From the NCBI GenBank assembly GCA_902563105.1, contig CACEVU010000002.1, positions 10,592 through 74,591 of the forward strand: a stretch of 64,000 bases of DNA, written 5' to 3'. Position 1 is the stretch's first letter. Every line of letters starts with the position of its first letter. The notes beneath the pieces are model-generated. The model had not been told where the DNA came from. It did not search any database and saw only the letters and a list, made by a program, of their open reading frames with translations. Below are positions 38,234 to 48,026 of the stretch, piece by piece. Made by a program: the position numbers and the translations under genes. The DNA is from an uncultured SAR86 cluster bacterium. GTDB taxonomy: Bacteria; Pseudomonadota; Gammaproteobacteria; Magnimaribacterales; AG-339-G14.

Positions 38234-39517
38234 CTAATTTGCTAAGGGTGACCAAGCTGGTTCTCTTACAGAACCATTTTTTACTGGCAGTGAAAATCTA
38301 GATTTACCATCAAGAGTAATTCCACCAAGATAACCATTAGCGCCATCTTTTGTTGCATAAATAATAATATTTCCGTTAGGAGAGATCGTAGGTGATTCGT
38401 CTAAGGAAGTAGACGTCAATGTCTCTATAAACCTACTGGAAAGTTTTTTTGTAGCTATTTGAAAGTTTCCATTATTCCCATGAACAAAAAAGATTGATCT
38501 TCCATCTGGGAAATACTTTCCCCTGGCATTATAATTTCCATCCTTAGTGAGTCTTTTTTTTCTTTTTGTTTGAGTATTTATTTCATATAGTTGAGGTCCA
38601 CCAGATCTATCTGATGTAAAAATTATTTTTTTTGAATCTGGAGACCATGATGGCTCTGTATCTATTGCGTAATGATCTGTTAATCTAATGAGTCTTTTGC
38701 TATTGATAGAGTATGAGAAAATATCTGGATTACCAGAAAAGGAAACTACCAAAGCTAATTTTTTTCCATCAGGAGACCATACAGGAGCACTATTTGTCAT
38801 TCCTAGAGCTTGAATTGCTTCTCTTTTTCCAGAAATCAGGTCTTGAATAAAAATTTCCGCAAATCCATTTTCAAAAGATACGTAAGCAATTTTTTTTCTA
38901 TCTGGAGACCAATCCGGTGACATTATTGGTGATTTTGAAGTAAACAATACCTTTTCATTTTGACCATCGATATCTGAGATGCACATTTGATAGGTATTTG
39001 AATCAGAATTAATGACATATGCCAATTTAGTATCGAATATACCTTTTAGGCCGGTAATTTTTTCATAAACCCGATTACTTATTATTTTTGAAATTCTATC
39101 AATATCTTCTTCATTGCCGTTTATCTCTCCTTCCAAAATTTTTATTCTTCTATTTACATTAAATAAAGAGTAGGAAATATTTAGGTTCCCAAGTGCATTC
39201 AAAGAATTAATTTTTCCAATTAATGAAAAATCAACTCCTTGAACTTTCCAATCTCTATAGAAAAAATCTTCTTCCTTTGCTGGATAAGACAACATTTCTG
39301 ACTTGTCGAGATTTTCGAATTCAGCAAACAACAACATATTTTTTTCTATGAGATTAGAAATTTGAATTCCATAATCTTCATCTATATCGTCTTCTACGCC
39401 AAAAGGTACGAATGCAATTTTTGAAAGATTATCGCTGCCTTTAAGGATTTCTATTTCCAAGATAGAAAAGATATTGCTTGATACTAGAAGAAAAACTATC
39501 GCTATAGTTTTTTTCAC
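38234..39517 (-). CDS. tolB: Tol-Pal periplasmic protein TolB
   Basis: WSPD propeller repeats, IDTEPSWSPD, FTSDRSG.PQLY, EPAWSP. Confidence 0.95.
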   Translation of the reverse strand: MKKTIAIVFLLVSSNIFSILEIEILKGSDNLSKIAFVPFGVEDDIDEDYGIQISNLIEKNMLLFAEFENLDKSEMLSYPAKEEDFFYRDWKVQGVDFSLIGKINSLNALGNLNISYSLFNVNRRIKILEGEINGNEEDIDRISKIISNRVYEKITGLKGIFDTKLAYVINSDSNTYQMCISDIDGQNEKVLFTSKSPIMSPDWSPDRKKIAYVSFENGFAEIFIQDLISGKREAIQALGMTNSAPVWSPDGKKLALVVSFSGNPDIFSYSINSKRLIRLTDHYAIDTEPSWSPDSKKIIFTSDRSGGPQLYEINTQTKRKKRLTKDGNYNARGKYFPDGRSIFFVHGNNGNFQIATKKLSSRFIETLTSTSLDESPTISPNGNIIIYATKDGANGYLGGITLDGKSRFSLPVKNGSVREPAWSPLAN

Positions 39518-40134
39518 TCAATATCTCCTGAAGATTTAAATACCAATTTAAAATTTCTAAAATTTGACTCAAATAAATTTCTATCCAAGTTTGAAACTTC
39601 TTCAAAAAAATTAATTTTTTCCATTGTTATGAGAATTGAATCATTGAAAGCTTTATTCGAACTAAGCTCTATAAGTTCAAATTTAAAAACTTCGCCTGAA
39701 GGAGCTAAGTTTATTAGAACTTTAGCTGTGAGTATTTGACTCAAGGAATTAGGTTTTATCCAAATTGAGGAAATTTTATCTTGAATGGAAGCAGAAACCC
39801 TAACAATACTCTCTCTTTCTTTTGAAAGTTTTATTTTACTAATTTCTTTTTTTATATCTTTTTTATCTATAGAGAATTTCTGATTTTTAAGTTTAGTTCC
39901 TGAATCATCAATTTTTTTATTTACATTAGCTTTATCAAAATTTTCTTTTTTGCTAGATGGAAAACTTGAAGAATTTTTTGATGATCTTTTAATTTGATCT
40001 AATTCATAAAAATTTATTTTGATAGTTTCTTCATCGCTTATTTCAAGTTTAGGTATTGAATAAACAGAAAATATTAAGGTTAGAAATAAAATAATTAAAA
40101 AAACAGTATTTAAACTGACAAATACTTTATTCAT
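39514..40134 (-). CDS. tolA: Short TolA / TonB-C-domain protein
   Basis: N-terminal TM, Lys-rich linker, C-terminal W..P...LAPSGEV...SS.N..F domain; between tolR and tolB. Confidence 0.75.
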   Translation of the reverse strand: MNKVFVSLNTVFLIILFLTLIFSVYSIPKLEISDEETIKINFYELDQIKRSSKNSSSFPSSKKENFDKANVNKKIDDSGTKLKNQKFSIDKKDIKKEISKIKLSKERESIVRVSASIQDKISSIWIKPNSLSQILTAKVLINLAPSGEVFKFELIELSSNKAFNDSILITMEKINFFEEVSNLDRNLFESNFRNFKLVFKSSGDIE

Positions 40135-40558
40135 TCTTAGAAGGTTCAGTTATTAAGTTTATGGAATCTGATTTATAACGTTTAATAAGAGACATTATTT
40201 GTACAACGTTGTCATACTTAGTTTCTTTATCAGCTCTTACAAAAATTTCAAGGTTAGAATTATTTTTTACTATTTTCTCAAACTGCTCTGAAAATTCTTT
40301 AAAAGTTTTAAATATCTTATCTTTTTCTCCTAAATCGAGTGAATAAAAACCTTTTTTGTTTATGGAAATAGTTAAGTTTTCACTTTTAGATTTATTCAGG
40401 GCTTGAGATTCAGATTTAGGAAGATCTAAATCTATGCCTTGGATCATAAAAGGAGTTGCTACCATAAAAATCACAAGCAGGACTAATGAAACGTCTACGT
40501 AAGGAATAACATTTATTTCTGTTAAGAGCTTTCTATTTTTTAGTCTTTTCTTGGTCAT
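40127..40558 (-). CDS. tolR: TolR
   Basis: EINVIPYVDVSLVLLVIFMVATP. Confidence 0.93.
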   Translation of the reverse strand: MTKKRLKNRKLLTEINVIPYVDVSLVLLVIFMVATPFMIQGIDLDLPKSESQALNKSKSENLTISINKKGFYSLDLGEKDKIFKTFKEFSEQFEKIVKNNSNLEIFVRADKETKYDNVVQIMSLIKRYKSDSINLITEPSKNE

Positions 40559-41204
40559 TGAGTTCTTCGTAAGTTATGAGAAGCTCAGAAGAAAAATTTT
40601 CGTAACTCCTAATAATCGCGTCAATTGACTTTACACTCCAGTTATAAGAAATAAGGGCTGGAATAGCCGCAAAAAGTCCTAATGCAGTAGCTATTAAAGC
40701 TTCCGCGATGCCTGGAGCTACGGCATTTATTGAAACCTGAGTAACTTTGGCTAATCCACTAAAAGCGTTCATCACGCCCCATACTGTTCCAAACAAACCA
40801 ATAAAAGGACTTACAGATGCTACTGTGGATAAAAAAGAAAGGCCATTTTCTAGGCTTTCTTCTTGTCGACTTATAATTATTTCGGTTGCTTTATTAATTC
40901 GCTTTTCAGACTTTTCTAAACTACTATTTTTAAGGAACTCTTCATATGAAATTATGAATATTTGAGAAAGTCCGGAAATATCTTGTTTTCTCTTCAAATC
41001 ATTAAATATATTATCGATATTTTTTGAATTCCAAAATTCATTTTCAAAAATAAATATATCTTTTTTCGCACGACTTAAAGTCAACCATTTATCAAAAATA
41101 AACCACCATGATATTCCTGCAAGAATAAACAAAATTACCATTACCAATTGAACTAGAAAACTTGCCCCTAATATCAAGTCTAAAAAACTTAGTTCAGCCT
41201 GCAT
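40533..41204 (-). CDS. tolQ: TolQ
   Basis: SPFIGLFGTVWGVM, APGIAEALIATALGLFAAIPA. Confidence 0.96.
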   Translation of the reverse strand: MQAELSFLDLILGASFLVQLVMVILFILAGISWWFIFDKWLTLSRAKKDIFIFENEFWNSKNIDNIFNDLKRKQDISGLSQIFIISYEEFLKNSSLEKSEKRINKATEIIISRQEESLENGLSFLSTVASVSPFIGLFGTVWGVMNAFSGLAKVTQVSINAVAPGIAEALIATALGLFAAIPALISYNWSVKSIDAIIRSYENFSSELLITYEELNDQEKTKK

Positions 41205-41601
41205 TTTGTTTTACCAGCATTTTATTTCTTAATTTTTCTGGAAGAGCGATAGGTTTTTTACTTTTTAAATCAACACACCCGCACAACACACTAGCATCAC
41301 ACATTACCTCAGAGTTTGAAATAACTTTTTGATGAAAACTAAAGCTAGCGTTTTTAACTTCTTTTAAGGAAGATTCTATTTGAACTATTTGATCTAACAA
41401 AACAGGCTTTTTGTAATGAACATTTAATTTGTTTACTATAAAAACAATTCCTTTTTTTAGTAAATCATTTTGCACATAACCACATTCTCTGAGAAATTCT
41501 GTTCTTCCTCTCTCAAAGTACTTAAGATAATTTGCATAAAAGACGACACCTTGAGCATCAGTATCTTCATAATAAATTCTTACTTCTATCGAATCTGACA
41601 T
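41194..41601 (-). CDS. ybgC: Tol-pal-associated acyl-CoA thioesterase
   Basis: RIYYEDTDAQGVVFYANYLKYFERGRTE. Confidence 0.95.
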   Translation of the reverse strand: MSDSIEVRIYYEDTDAQGVVFYANYLKYFERGRTEFLRECGYVQNDLLKKGIVFIVNKLNVHYKKPVLLDQIVQIESSLKEVKNASFSFHQKVISNSEVMCDASVLCGCVDLKSKKPIALPEKLRNKMLVKQNAG

Positions 41602-42011
41602 TAGAGATGAGTTTCAATATCTTCTTTATAAAGAGATTTCAGTAATACAATAAAGCTTTCTAAAGAAAAATCACATGTATTATTAAAATCTAATGGTAAA
41701 TTTTTGTTTATGGTGTGAATGGGAATTCTTACTTTAATAGGCCTATGATTGAACTTATAAATTAATGCAGGATAACTGTCTTCAGGAGTAGCTTTAATTA
41801 CTTGATCCCACCAACTTTCTAGGGGTTCTGCGCCTTGTCCATACCTTTTACATTCTAAAAACCATTTCCCCAAAATTAAGTCAGGAAGATGCTTTTCTCT
41901 TGTTTGTTCTAGTATTCTTTTTAAAGGTTTTTTTAGTCCCAAAGACTCATTGATAATATTAGCGATTTCTCTTTCAAAAGATGCTCCTTTGTTTCTAGAA
42001 TTGGTCATCAA
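41601..42011 (-). CDS. PD-(D/E)XK nuclease, Hjc/phage-type Holliday junction resolvase-like
   Basis: NSRNKGASFERE...PD...LECKRY...WWDQ...PALIYK; no RuvC (RNase H fold) motifs; overlaps both neighbours. Confidence 0.75.
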   Translation of the reverse strand: MMTNSRNKGASFEREIANIINESLGLKKPLKRILEQTREKHLPDLILGKWFLECKRYGQGAEPLESWWDQVIKATPEDSYPALIYKFNHRPIKVRIPIHTINKNLPLDFNNTCDFSLESFIVLLKSLYKEDIETHL

Positions 42012-42742
42012 GTAAAGCTTCCTAAAGAAAATTCTGCATTTGAGTGAACGTTTTGTACATCATCAAGATCTTCCAAACTTTCCAAAAGTTTTATTACTTT
42101 TTCAGAAGCTTCATCGTCAAGTTCTACACTATTTGCAGCTTTCATAATGAGTTCATACTCAATTATATTAATGTCTTTTTCTTCTAGAATATTTTTTAAG
42201 TTATGAAATTCTTCAACTTCCGCAGAAATAATAAGATTGCTTTCATCGCCTTTCTCGATTTCTTCTGCGCCATTTGAAACAGAAATGTCAAAAATCTTTT
42301 CTTCATCTGTATTTTGTACAACGATTTGTCCAACTTTAGTGAAAAGGTACGCCACCGAACCATCCGTACCAAGACTTCCACCATACTTTGAAAAAGCATG
42401 TCTTACTTCAGCAACAGTTCTATTTTTGTTGTCCGTTAAAGTTTCAACAATTATTGCAACTCCATTAGGCCCATAACCCTCGTAAATAGTTTCCTCTAAA
42501 TTATCTGTTTCTTGATCTCCCGAGCCCCTAGCAATTGCTCTTTCAATGGTATCTTTAGGCATATTGGCTCCAAGAGCTTTATCTAAAGCTAATCTGAGTC
42601 TTGGATTGTCTGTGGGCTCTGGACCTCCAAGTTTTGATGCTACTGTAAGTTCTCTAATGAGTTTAGAAAAAATTTTTTGTCTTTTCTCATCTTGACGACC
42701 TTTGCGATGTTTTATATTTGCCCACTTGGAATGACCTGCCAT
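42008..42742 (-). CDS. yebC: YebC/PmpR family protein
   Basis: MAGHSKWANIKHRK, YEGYGP.G, TDNKNRT, LEDLDDVQNV. Confidence 0.97.
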   Translation of the reverse strand: MAGHSKWANIKHRKGRQDEKRQKIFSKLIRELTVASKLGGPEPTDNPRLRLALDKALGANMPKDTIERAIARGSGDQETDNLEETIYEGYGPNGVAIIVETLTDNKNRTVAEVRHAFSKYGGSLGTDGSVAYLFTKVGQIVVQNTDEEKIFDISVSNGAEEIEKGDESNLIISAEVEEFHNLKNILEEKDINIIEYELIMKAANSVELDDEASEKVIKLLESLEDLDDVQNVHSNAEFSLGSFT

Positions 42743-44505
42743 TAAGAGTCCTCTTCAATAACTTTTATAGAAAGCATGTCCAATTGATCTTGATCAATTA
42801 AACTTGGCGCATCTGAAAGCAAACACGTAGCCGACTGAGTTTTAGGAAAAGCAATCACATCTCTTATAGATTCTTGTTTACAAAGAAGCATGATCAGTCT
42901 GTCTAATCCAAAGGCTATTCCTCCATGAGGTGGACAACCATAGGTCAGAGCTTCTAAAAAGAAACCAAATTTTTCTTGAGCTTCTTTTTTATTTATTCCT
43001 AGGATTGAAAATATTTCTAACTGCTCTTGAAGATTGTTTATTCTTAGTGAACCGCCACCTATTTCACTTCCATTTAGAATTAAATCATATGCCCTAGCAA
43101 TAGCATTAATAGGATCTTTTTTAAGTGAATCAATACCTCCATTTGTCGCTGTAAAAGGATGATGCGATGGTGATAAATTTCCTTTGATATCTTCCTCAAA
43201 TAAAGGAAAATCAGTTATCCATCCAAATTTGTATTCTTCTTGGTCTATTAGTTGTAAGTCGTGCCCTAGTTTTTCTCTTAATGCACTCATTGAATCATTT
43301 ACTATATTTCTATGATCTGCCCCAAAAAAAACAGTATCTCCAGCGGAAAAGTCTAGTGTTTTCGAAAGATTGGAGATTTCTTCTGTTGAAAGGAACTTAA
43401 GGATAGGAGACTGAAGACCTTTATCTAAATCATTGGAATCATTTACTTTAATGTATGCCAAACCTTTAGCACCAAAATTTCCTACGAATTTAGTGTACTC
43501 ATCGATTTTATTTCTGCTTATTTCTTGATTAATTTTTAGAGCAACAATTCTAGACTTCTCATTTTTAGCTGGATCAGCAAAAACTTTAAAGGTTGAGTTT
43601 TTAAAAATATCTTTTACATCTATCAATTTTAAGGGATTTCTCAAATCTGGCTTATCAGAGCCATAATCCATTATTGCATCTTGGTATTTTATCCTTTGAA
43701 AATCTTTAAATTCTAGTTTTAAAATTTTTTGAAATATTGCTTTTATTAGGCTTTCCGAGATTTTTAAAATCTGTTCTTCATCGATGAAAGAAAGTTCTAT
43801 ATCTAATTGAGTAAATTCAGGTTGCCTATCTTTTCTTGTATCTTCATCACGAAAACATCTAACGATTTGAAAATATTTTTCAAACCCTCCTATCATAAGC
43901 ATTTGCTTAAATAATTGAGGTGACTGAGTCAACGCATAAAACTTTTGATTATAGAGCCTGCTAGGAATAAGAAAATCTCTTGCTCCTTCAGGAGTTGCTC
44001 TAGCCATCATTGGAGTTTCTATTTCTATAAAGTCTTCATCGACAAGCTTATTTCTTAAAATATGATTCACCTCAGATCTAATTTTTAAATTTTCCTGCAT
44101 TTCAGGTCTTCTTAAGTCCAAATATCGGTATTTAAGCCTTACTTCTTCGCCAGCATTTGCATGCTCATCGAGCTGAAAAGGTAAAGGCTTGCTTATAGAA
44201 AGAATATTTACCTTCTTAGAAATGAGTTCAAGCTCTCCTGAAGGTAAAGATTTATTTATAGTCCCTTCTGGTCTTTTTCTAAGCTCGCCAATAATTTCTA
44301 AAACGTAAGACATTCTTATTGACTCTGATTTTTTAAAAAGTTCTTGATCTTCGGGTTCAACAACAACCTGAATCAGTCCTGAAGAATCCCTAATATCAAG
44401 AAAAATTACTCCGCCATGATCTCTAACTTTTTCAACCCAACCAGAAATAGTAAACGTGGAGTTAATGTCTTTAGAGGAAATCTTATGTATTAGAGTGCGT
44501 TTCAT
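42742..44505 (-). CDS. aspS: Aspartyl-tRNA synthetase (probably non-discriminating)
   Basis: RDHGGVIF, TPEGARDF, QSPQLFKQ, CFRDED, PPHGGIAFGLDR. Confidence 0.97.
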   Translation of the reverse strand: MKRTLIHKISSKDINSTFTISGWVEKVRDHGGVIFLDIRDSSGLIQVVVEPEDQELFKKSESIRMSYVLEIIGELRKRPEGTINKSLPSGELELISKKVNILSISKPLPFQLDEHANAGEEVRLKYRYLDLRRPEMQENLKIRSEVNHILRNKLVDEDFIEIETPMMARATPEGARDFLIPSRLYNQKFYALTQSPQLFKQMLMIGGFEKYFQIVRCFRDEDTRKDRQPEFTQLDIELSFIDEEQILKISESLIKAIFQKILKLEFKDFQRIKYQDAIMDYGSDKPDLRNPLKLIDVKDIFKNSTFKVFADPAKNEKSRIVALKINQEISRNKIDEYTKFVGNFGAKGLAYIKVNDSNDLDKGLQSPILKFLSTEEISNLSKTLDFSAGDTVFFGADHRNIVNDSMSALREKLGHDLQLIDQEEYKFGWITDFPLFEEDIKGNLSPSHHPFTATNGGIDSLKKDPINAIARAYDLILNGSEIGGGSLRINNLQEQLEIFSILGINKKEAQEKFGFFLEALTYGCPPHGGIAFGLDRLIMLLCKQESIRDVIAFPKTQSATCLLSDAPSLIDQDQLDMLSIKVIEEDS

Positions 44506-44519
44506 GGCTTAAAGACTTA

Positions 44520-44789
44520 TTAGTCTTTTTTAGAGGGCTTAGAATTTTCAGTTTTTTTTTGTTCCTTAGATGGTTTGTTGCTTTTACTATCTGATTGTAC
44601 AAGATTTTTTTTATTTCCTGTTTTAAAGTCTGTTTCATACCATCCGGATCCCTCTAATCTAAAAGATGGAGCTGATATTTCTGATATCCATTCTGGATTT
44701 TCCTGCAGAAACTTTTGTTTTTGATCATAACTGCAGAACATCTCTTTTACTTCGCCAGTCTTTTTATTTTTTAAATTGTAAATTGGCAT
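44520..44789 (-). CDS. FmdB-family small protein lacking the zinc-ribbon CxxC pairs
   Basis: MPIY...ISAPSFRLEGSGWYETDFK; usual position upstream of aspS. Confidence 0.75.
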   Translation of the reverse strand: MPIYNLKNKKTGEVKEMFCSYDQKQKFLQENPEWISEISAPSFRLEGSGWYETDFKTGNKKNLVQSDSKSNKPSKEQKKTENSKPSKKD

Positions 44790-44859
44790 TATTCCTCACT
44801 GTGCTCTTCTTTTTTTAGTATTATTGAATTTAAAAAGCGAATATTAATTTATTTTTTAA

Positions 44860-46134
44860 ATGAAAGCTTCCTCATTTCACTATAAAACACTCAAAGAAGC
44901 CCCTAAAGATGCTGAACTTGTAAGTCACAAACTTATGGTGAGGGCTAATATGATAAAACCATTAGCTTCTGGTATTTATTCCTGGCTTCCTTTAGGTTTA
45001 AAAATTTTAAATAAAGTTGAAGAAATCATTCGAAAAAATATGAATGAATATGGATGTTTAGAAGTTCTTATGCCTATGGTACAACCAAAATCTTTGTGGG
45101 ATGAGACTGGAAGATCAGAAATGATGGGGCAAGAGCTTTTAGGCTTCTCAGATAGAAATGATAGAAAATTTTATCTTGGCCCAACGCATGAAGAAGTAAT
45201 TACAGATATATGTAGACAAGAACTACAAAGCCATAAAGATTTACCAAAAACCTTTTATCAGATTCAAACAAAATTCAGAGACGAAATAAGACCAAGATTT
45301 GGAATTATGAGAGGAAGGGAATTCTTGATGAAAGATGCCTATTCTTTTGACATTGATGAAAACGGCATGAATAAAAGTTATGCGGCTATGAAAGAGTGCT
45401 ATAAAAAAATTTTTGATGAAATAGGATTTGATTACAAAATTGTTAAAGCAGATTCAGGAGCCATTGGAGGAAATATGTCAGAAGAATTCCATGTTTTAGC
45501 AAATTCTGGTGAAGACACCCTTGTATTTAATGAGAAGGATTTTTCTTCCAATTTAGAATTATTAGAAGAAGATCTTAAAAAGCAAATAGAAGACAAAATT
45601 AATAATAATGACTTTTCAGACATAGAATCTAAACATGGAAAACTTTCAATTATGAAGGGTATTGAGGTTGGACATATTTTTGAATTGGGAAATAAATACA
45701 GTGAATCTATGGGGTTAAGTGTTCAATACAATAATGTACAAAAAATTTTAGAGATGGGCTGTTATGGTATTGGAGTGTCAAGAATTGTTGCTGCTACTAT
45801 TGAGCAAAATCATGACGATCATGGGATAATTTTTCCAAGAAGTATTTCACCATTTGATTGTTCATTGATATCAATAAATGAAAATAAATCAAATAAAGTA
45901 AAAGAAAAATCCTTAGAAATTTACAATCTGCTTATAACAAACAATATTGAGGTCTTTTACGACGATAGAGACGTATCTTTGGGTGTGAAATTTTCTGATG
46001 CTAATTTAATGGGAAATCCATATCAAATTGTAATAAGTGAGGGTAACATTCAAGAAAACTTAATTGAAGTAATTGATAGAAGAGACCAATTAAAATCCAA
46101 AATTAAAGAGACTGAATTACTGGGTCTCTTTTAA
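44860..46134 (+). CDS. proS: Prolyl-tRNA synthetase, short form without the INS editing domain
   Basis: [46 protein letters not shown]; 424 aa. Confidence 0.96.
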   Translation: MKASSFHYKTLKEAPKDAELVSHKLMVRANMIKPLASGIYSWLPLGLKILNKVEEIIRKNMNEYGCLEVLMPMVQPKSLWDETGRSEMMGQELLGFSDRNDRKFYLGPTHEEVITDICRQELQSHKDLPKTFYQIQTKFRDEIRPRFGIMRGREFLMKDAYSFDIDENGMNKSYAAMKECYKKIFDEIGFDYKIVKADSGAIGGNMSEEFHVLANSGEDTLVFNEKDFSSNLELLEEDLKKQIEDKINNNDFSDIESKHGKLSIMKGIEVGHIFELGNKYSESMGLSVQYNNVQKILEMGCYGIGVSRIVAATIEQNHDDHGIIFPRSISPFDCSLISINENKSNKVKEKSLEIYNLLITNNIEVFYDDRDVSLGVKFSDANLMGNPYQIVISEGNIQENLIEVIDRRDQLKSKIKETELLGLF

Positions 46135-47142
46135 AGAATCAGTAATTTGTTTTTCTATCTTTTTAGCTACAGAAGGATTATCTTTTAGAAACTGACTAGC
46201 ATTGATTTTTCCTTGGCCTATTTTCTCTCCTTCGTAGGCGTACCAGGCTCCAGCTTTTTCAACAATCTTTTTCTCAACGCCTATATCAATTAATTCACCA
46301 GCTCGATTAATTCCTTTGTTATAAAGAATTTGAAATTCTGCTTGTCTGAATGGAGGTGATACTTTATTTTTTACTACCTTCACTCTAGTTTCATTTCCAG
46401 CGACCTCATCACCATCCTTCACAGTACCTATTCTTCTTATATCTAATCTAACTGAAGAATAAAATTTCAATGCGTTTCCGCCGGATGTTGTTTCTGGACT
46501 TCCAAACATGACTCCGATTTTCATTCGAATTTGATTTATAAAGATGACAAGCGTATTTGATTTTTTAATATTTCCTGTAATTTTTCTAAGAGCTTGTGAC
46601 ATTAATCTCGCCTGAAGCCCTACGTGGTGATCGCCCATTTCACCCTCAATTTCAGCTCGAGGGACTAAAGCTGCAACAGAATCAATCACTAAGACGTCTA
46701 TTCCTCCAGATTTAACCATAATATCTGCAACTTCCAAGGCCTGTTCCCCAGTATCTGGTTGAGATAGAAGCAGATCATCTATTTTTACCCCTATTTTTTC
46801 GGCATATACAGGATCTAATGCGTGTTCAGCATCTATAAATGCAGCCGTTCCGCCTTGTTTCTGGCACTCAGCTATAACTTGCAAAGTTAGAGTTGTTTTT
46901 CCTGAAGATTCGGGACCAAAAATCTCCACTACTCTTCCTTTGGGTAAGCCCATAATACCGAGTGCCAAATCTAATCCTAATGAACCTGTTGAAATGCTGG
47001 GAATGCTCTGAACCTCTCTTTCGCCCATTCTCATTATGGTTCCAGGACCAAATTGTGTCTCTATCTGAGAAATTGCATTTTCTAAAGATTTTCCTTTTTC
47101 AGGCGACTTTAGATCATCTTTTTTTGTTTTTCTTGTTGGCAT
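46117..47142 (-). CDS. recA: Recombinase RecA
   Basis: [39 protein letters not shown]. Confidence 0.99.
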   Translation of the reverse strand: MPTRKTKKDDLKSPEKGKSLENAISQIETQFGPGTIMRMGEREVQSIPSISTGSLGLDLALGIMGLPKGRVVEIFGPESSGKTTLTLQVIAECQKQGGTAAFIDAEHALDPVYAEKIGVKIDDLLLSQPDTGEQALEVADIMVKSGGIDVLVIDSVAALVPRAEIEGEMGDHHVGLQARLMSQALRKITGNIKKSNTLVIFINQIRMKIGVMFGSPETTSGGNALKFYSSVRLDIRRIGTVKDGDEVAGNETRVKVVKNKVSPPFRQAEFQILYNKGINRAGELIDIGVEKKIVEKAGAWYAYEGEKIGQGKINASQFLKDNPSVAKKIEKQITDSLKETQ

Positions 47143-47149
47143 AATTAAA

Positions 47150-47165
47150 CTGTATATTTATACAG
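47150..47165. promoter_or_regulatory. LexA (SOS) box upstream of recA
   Basis: CTGTATATTTATACAG matches the CTGT-N8-ACAG gammaproteobacterial consensus, 7 nt from the recA ATG. Confidence 0.88.
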
Positions 47166-47183
47166 TATTAAACAACATAATAA

Positions 47184-47675
47184 TTATTTTTGCAAACAAA
47201 TTAATATTTCTTTTAAAGCAAAAGTAACGCTTTGTTGTCTAACTTGGTTTCGATCTCCTTCAAAATATTTTGTATGGCAATTTATATTATTAATCGAGCC
47301 AATTCCAAAACACACAGTTCCGACAGGTTTTTCTTCAGTCCCTCCAGAGGGACCCGCAATTCCACTTATTGAAATTGCAAAATCAGAGCCTGATTTATTT
47401 AAAGCGCCTTCTGCCATTTCTTTGACTACAGTCTCACTTACAGCGCCCTCCTTTAATAAAGAGTCTTTTGAAACATCAAGAACTTTTAATTTTGCTTTAT
47501 TTGAGTATGTTATAAATCCAAAACCATACCACTTCGAACTTCCGGGCACTGCTGTAAATTCTTTTCCGACCCAGCCTCCTGTACATGATTCAGCAGTTGA
47601 AATACTTTTTTTAGATTCAGAAAGTAGACGGCCTATCTTTATAGCTAAATCTTGTACATCTCCATTGGAATTCAT
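47184..47675 (-). CDS. pncC: NMN deamidase PncC (CinA C-terminal domain)
   Basis: TAESCTGG, YSNKAK, GAVSE, SGIAGPSGG..KPVGTV. Confidence 0.93.
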   Translation of the reverse strand: MNSNGDVQDLAIKIGRLLSESKKSISTAESCTGGWVGKEFTAVPGSSKWYGFGFITYSNKAKLKVLDVSKDSLLKEGAVSETVVKEMAEGALNKSGSDFAISISGIAGPSGGTEEKPVGTVCFGIGSINNINCHTKYFEGDRNQVRQQSVTFALKEILICLQK

Positions 47676-47683
47676 AAATTTAA

Positions 47684-47691
47684 ATTATAAT
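47684..47691. promoter_or_regulatory. Candidate bidirectional -10 element (ATTATAAT) serving pncC and fdxA
   Basis: TATAAT on both strands within a 22-bp divergent gap; 6 nt to the fdxA ATG and 8 nt to the pncC ATG; no SD sequence. Confidence 0.55.
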
Positions 47692-47697
47692 TGAATT

Positions 47698-48024
47698 ATG
47701 ACTTTTATTGTTGGCCAAGGTTGCATCAACTGCAAGCATACTGATTGTGTTGAAGTTTGTCCTGTGGATTGTTTTTACGAAGGAGAAAATACTCTAGTAA
47801 TTAATCCTGATGAGTGTATTGATTGTGGATTGTGCGAACCAGAATGTCCTATTGATGCAATTTATGCAGAAGATGAAGTTCCAGCAGATCAAATTGAATT
47901 TATTGAAATAAATGAAAAATACTCAAAGGTCTGGCCGAACATAACTGAAGCAAAAGAACCAATGACAAACCACGAGGATTGGAAAGAAAAAGAAAACAAA
48001 ATAGATGTTTTAATTCTTGAATAG
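47698..48024 (+). CDS. fdxA: 7Fe ferredoxin FdxA
   Basis: [35 protein letters not shown]. Confidence 0.95.
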   Translation: MTFIVGQGCINCKHTDCVEVCPVDCFYEGENTLVINPDECIDCGLCEPECPIDAIYAEDEVPADQIEFIEINEKYSKVWPNITEAKEPMTNHEDWKEKENKIDVLILE

Positions 48025-48026
48025 TC

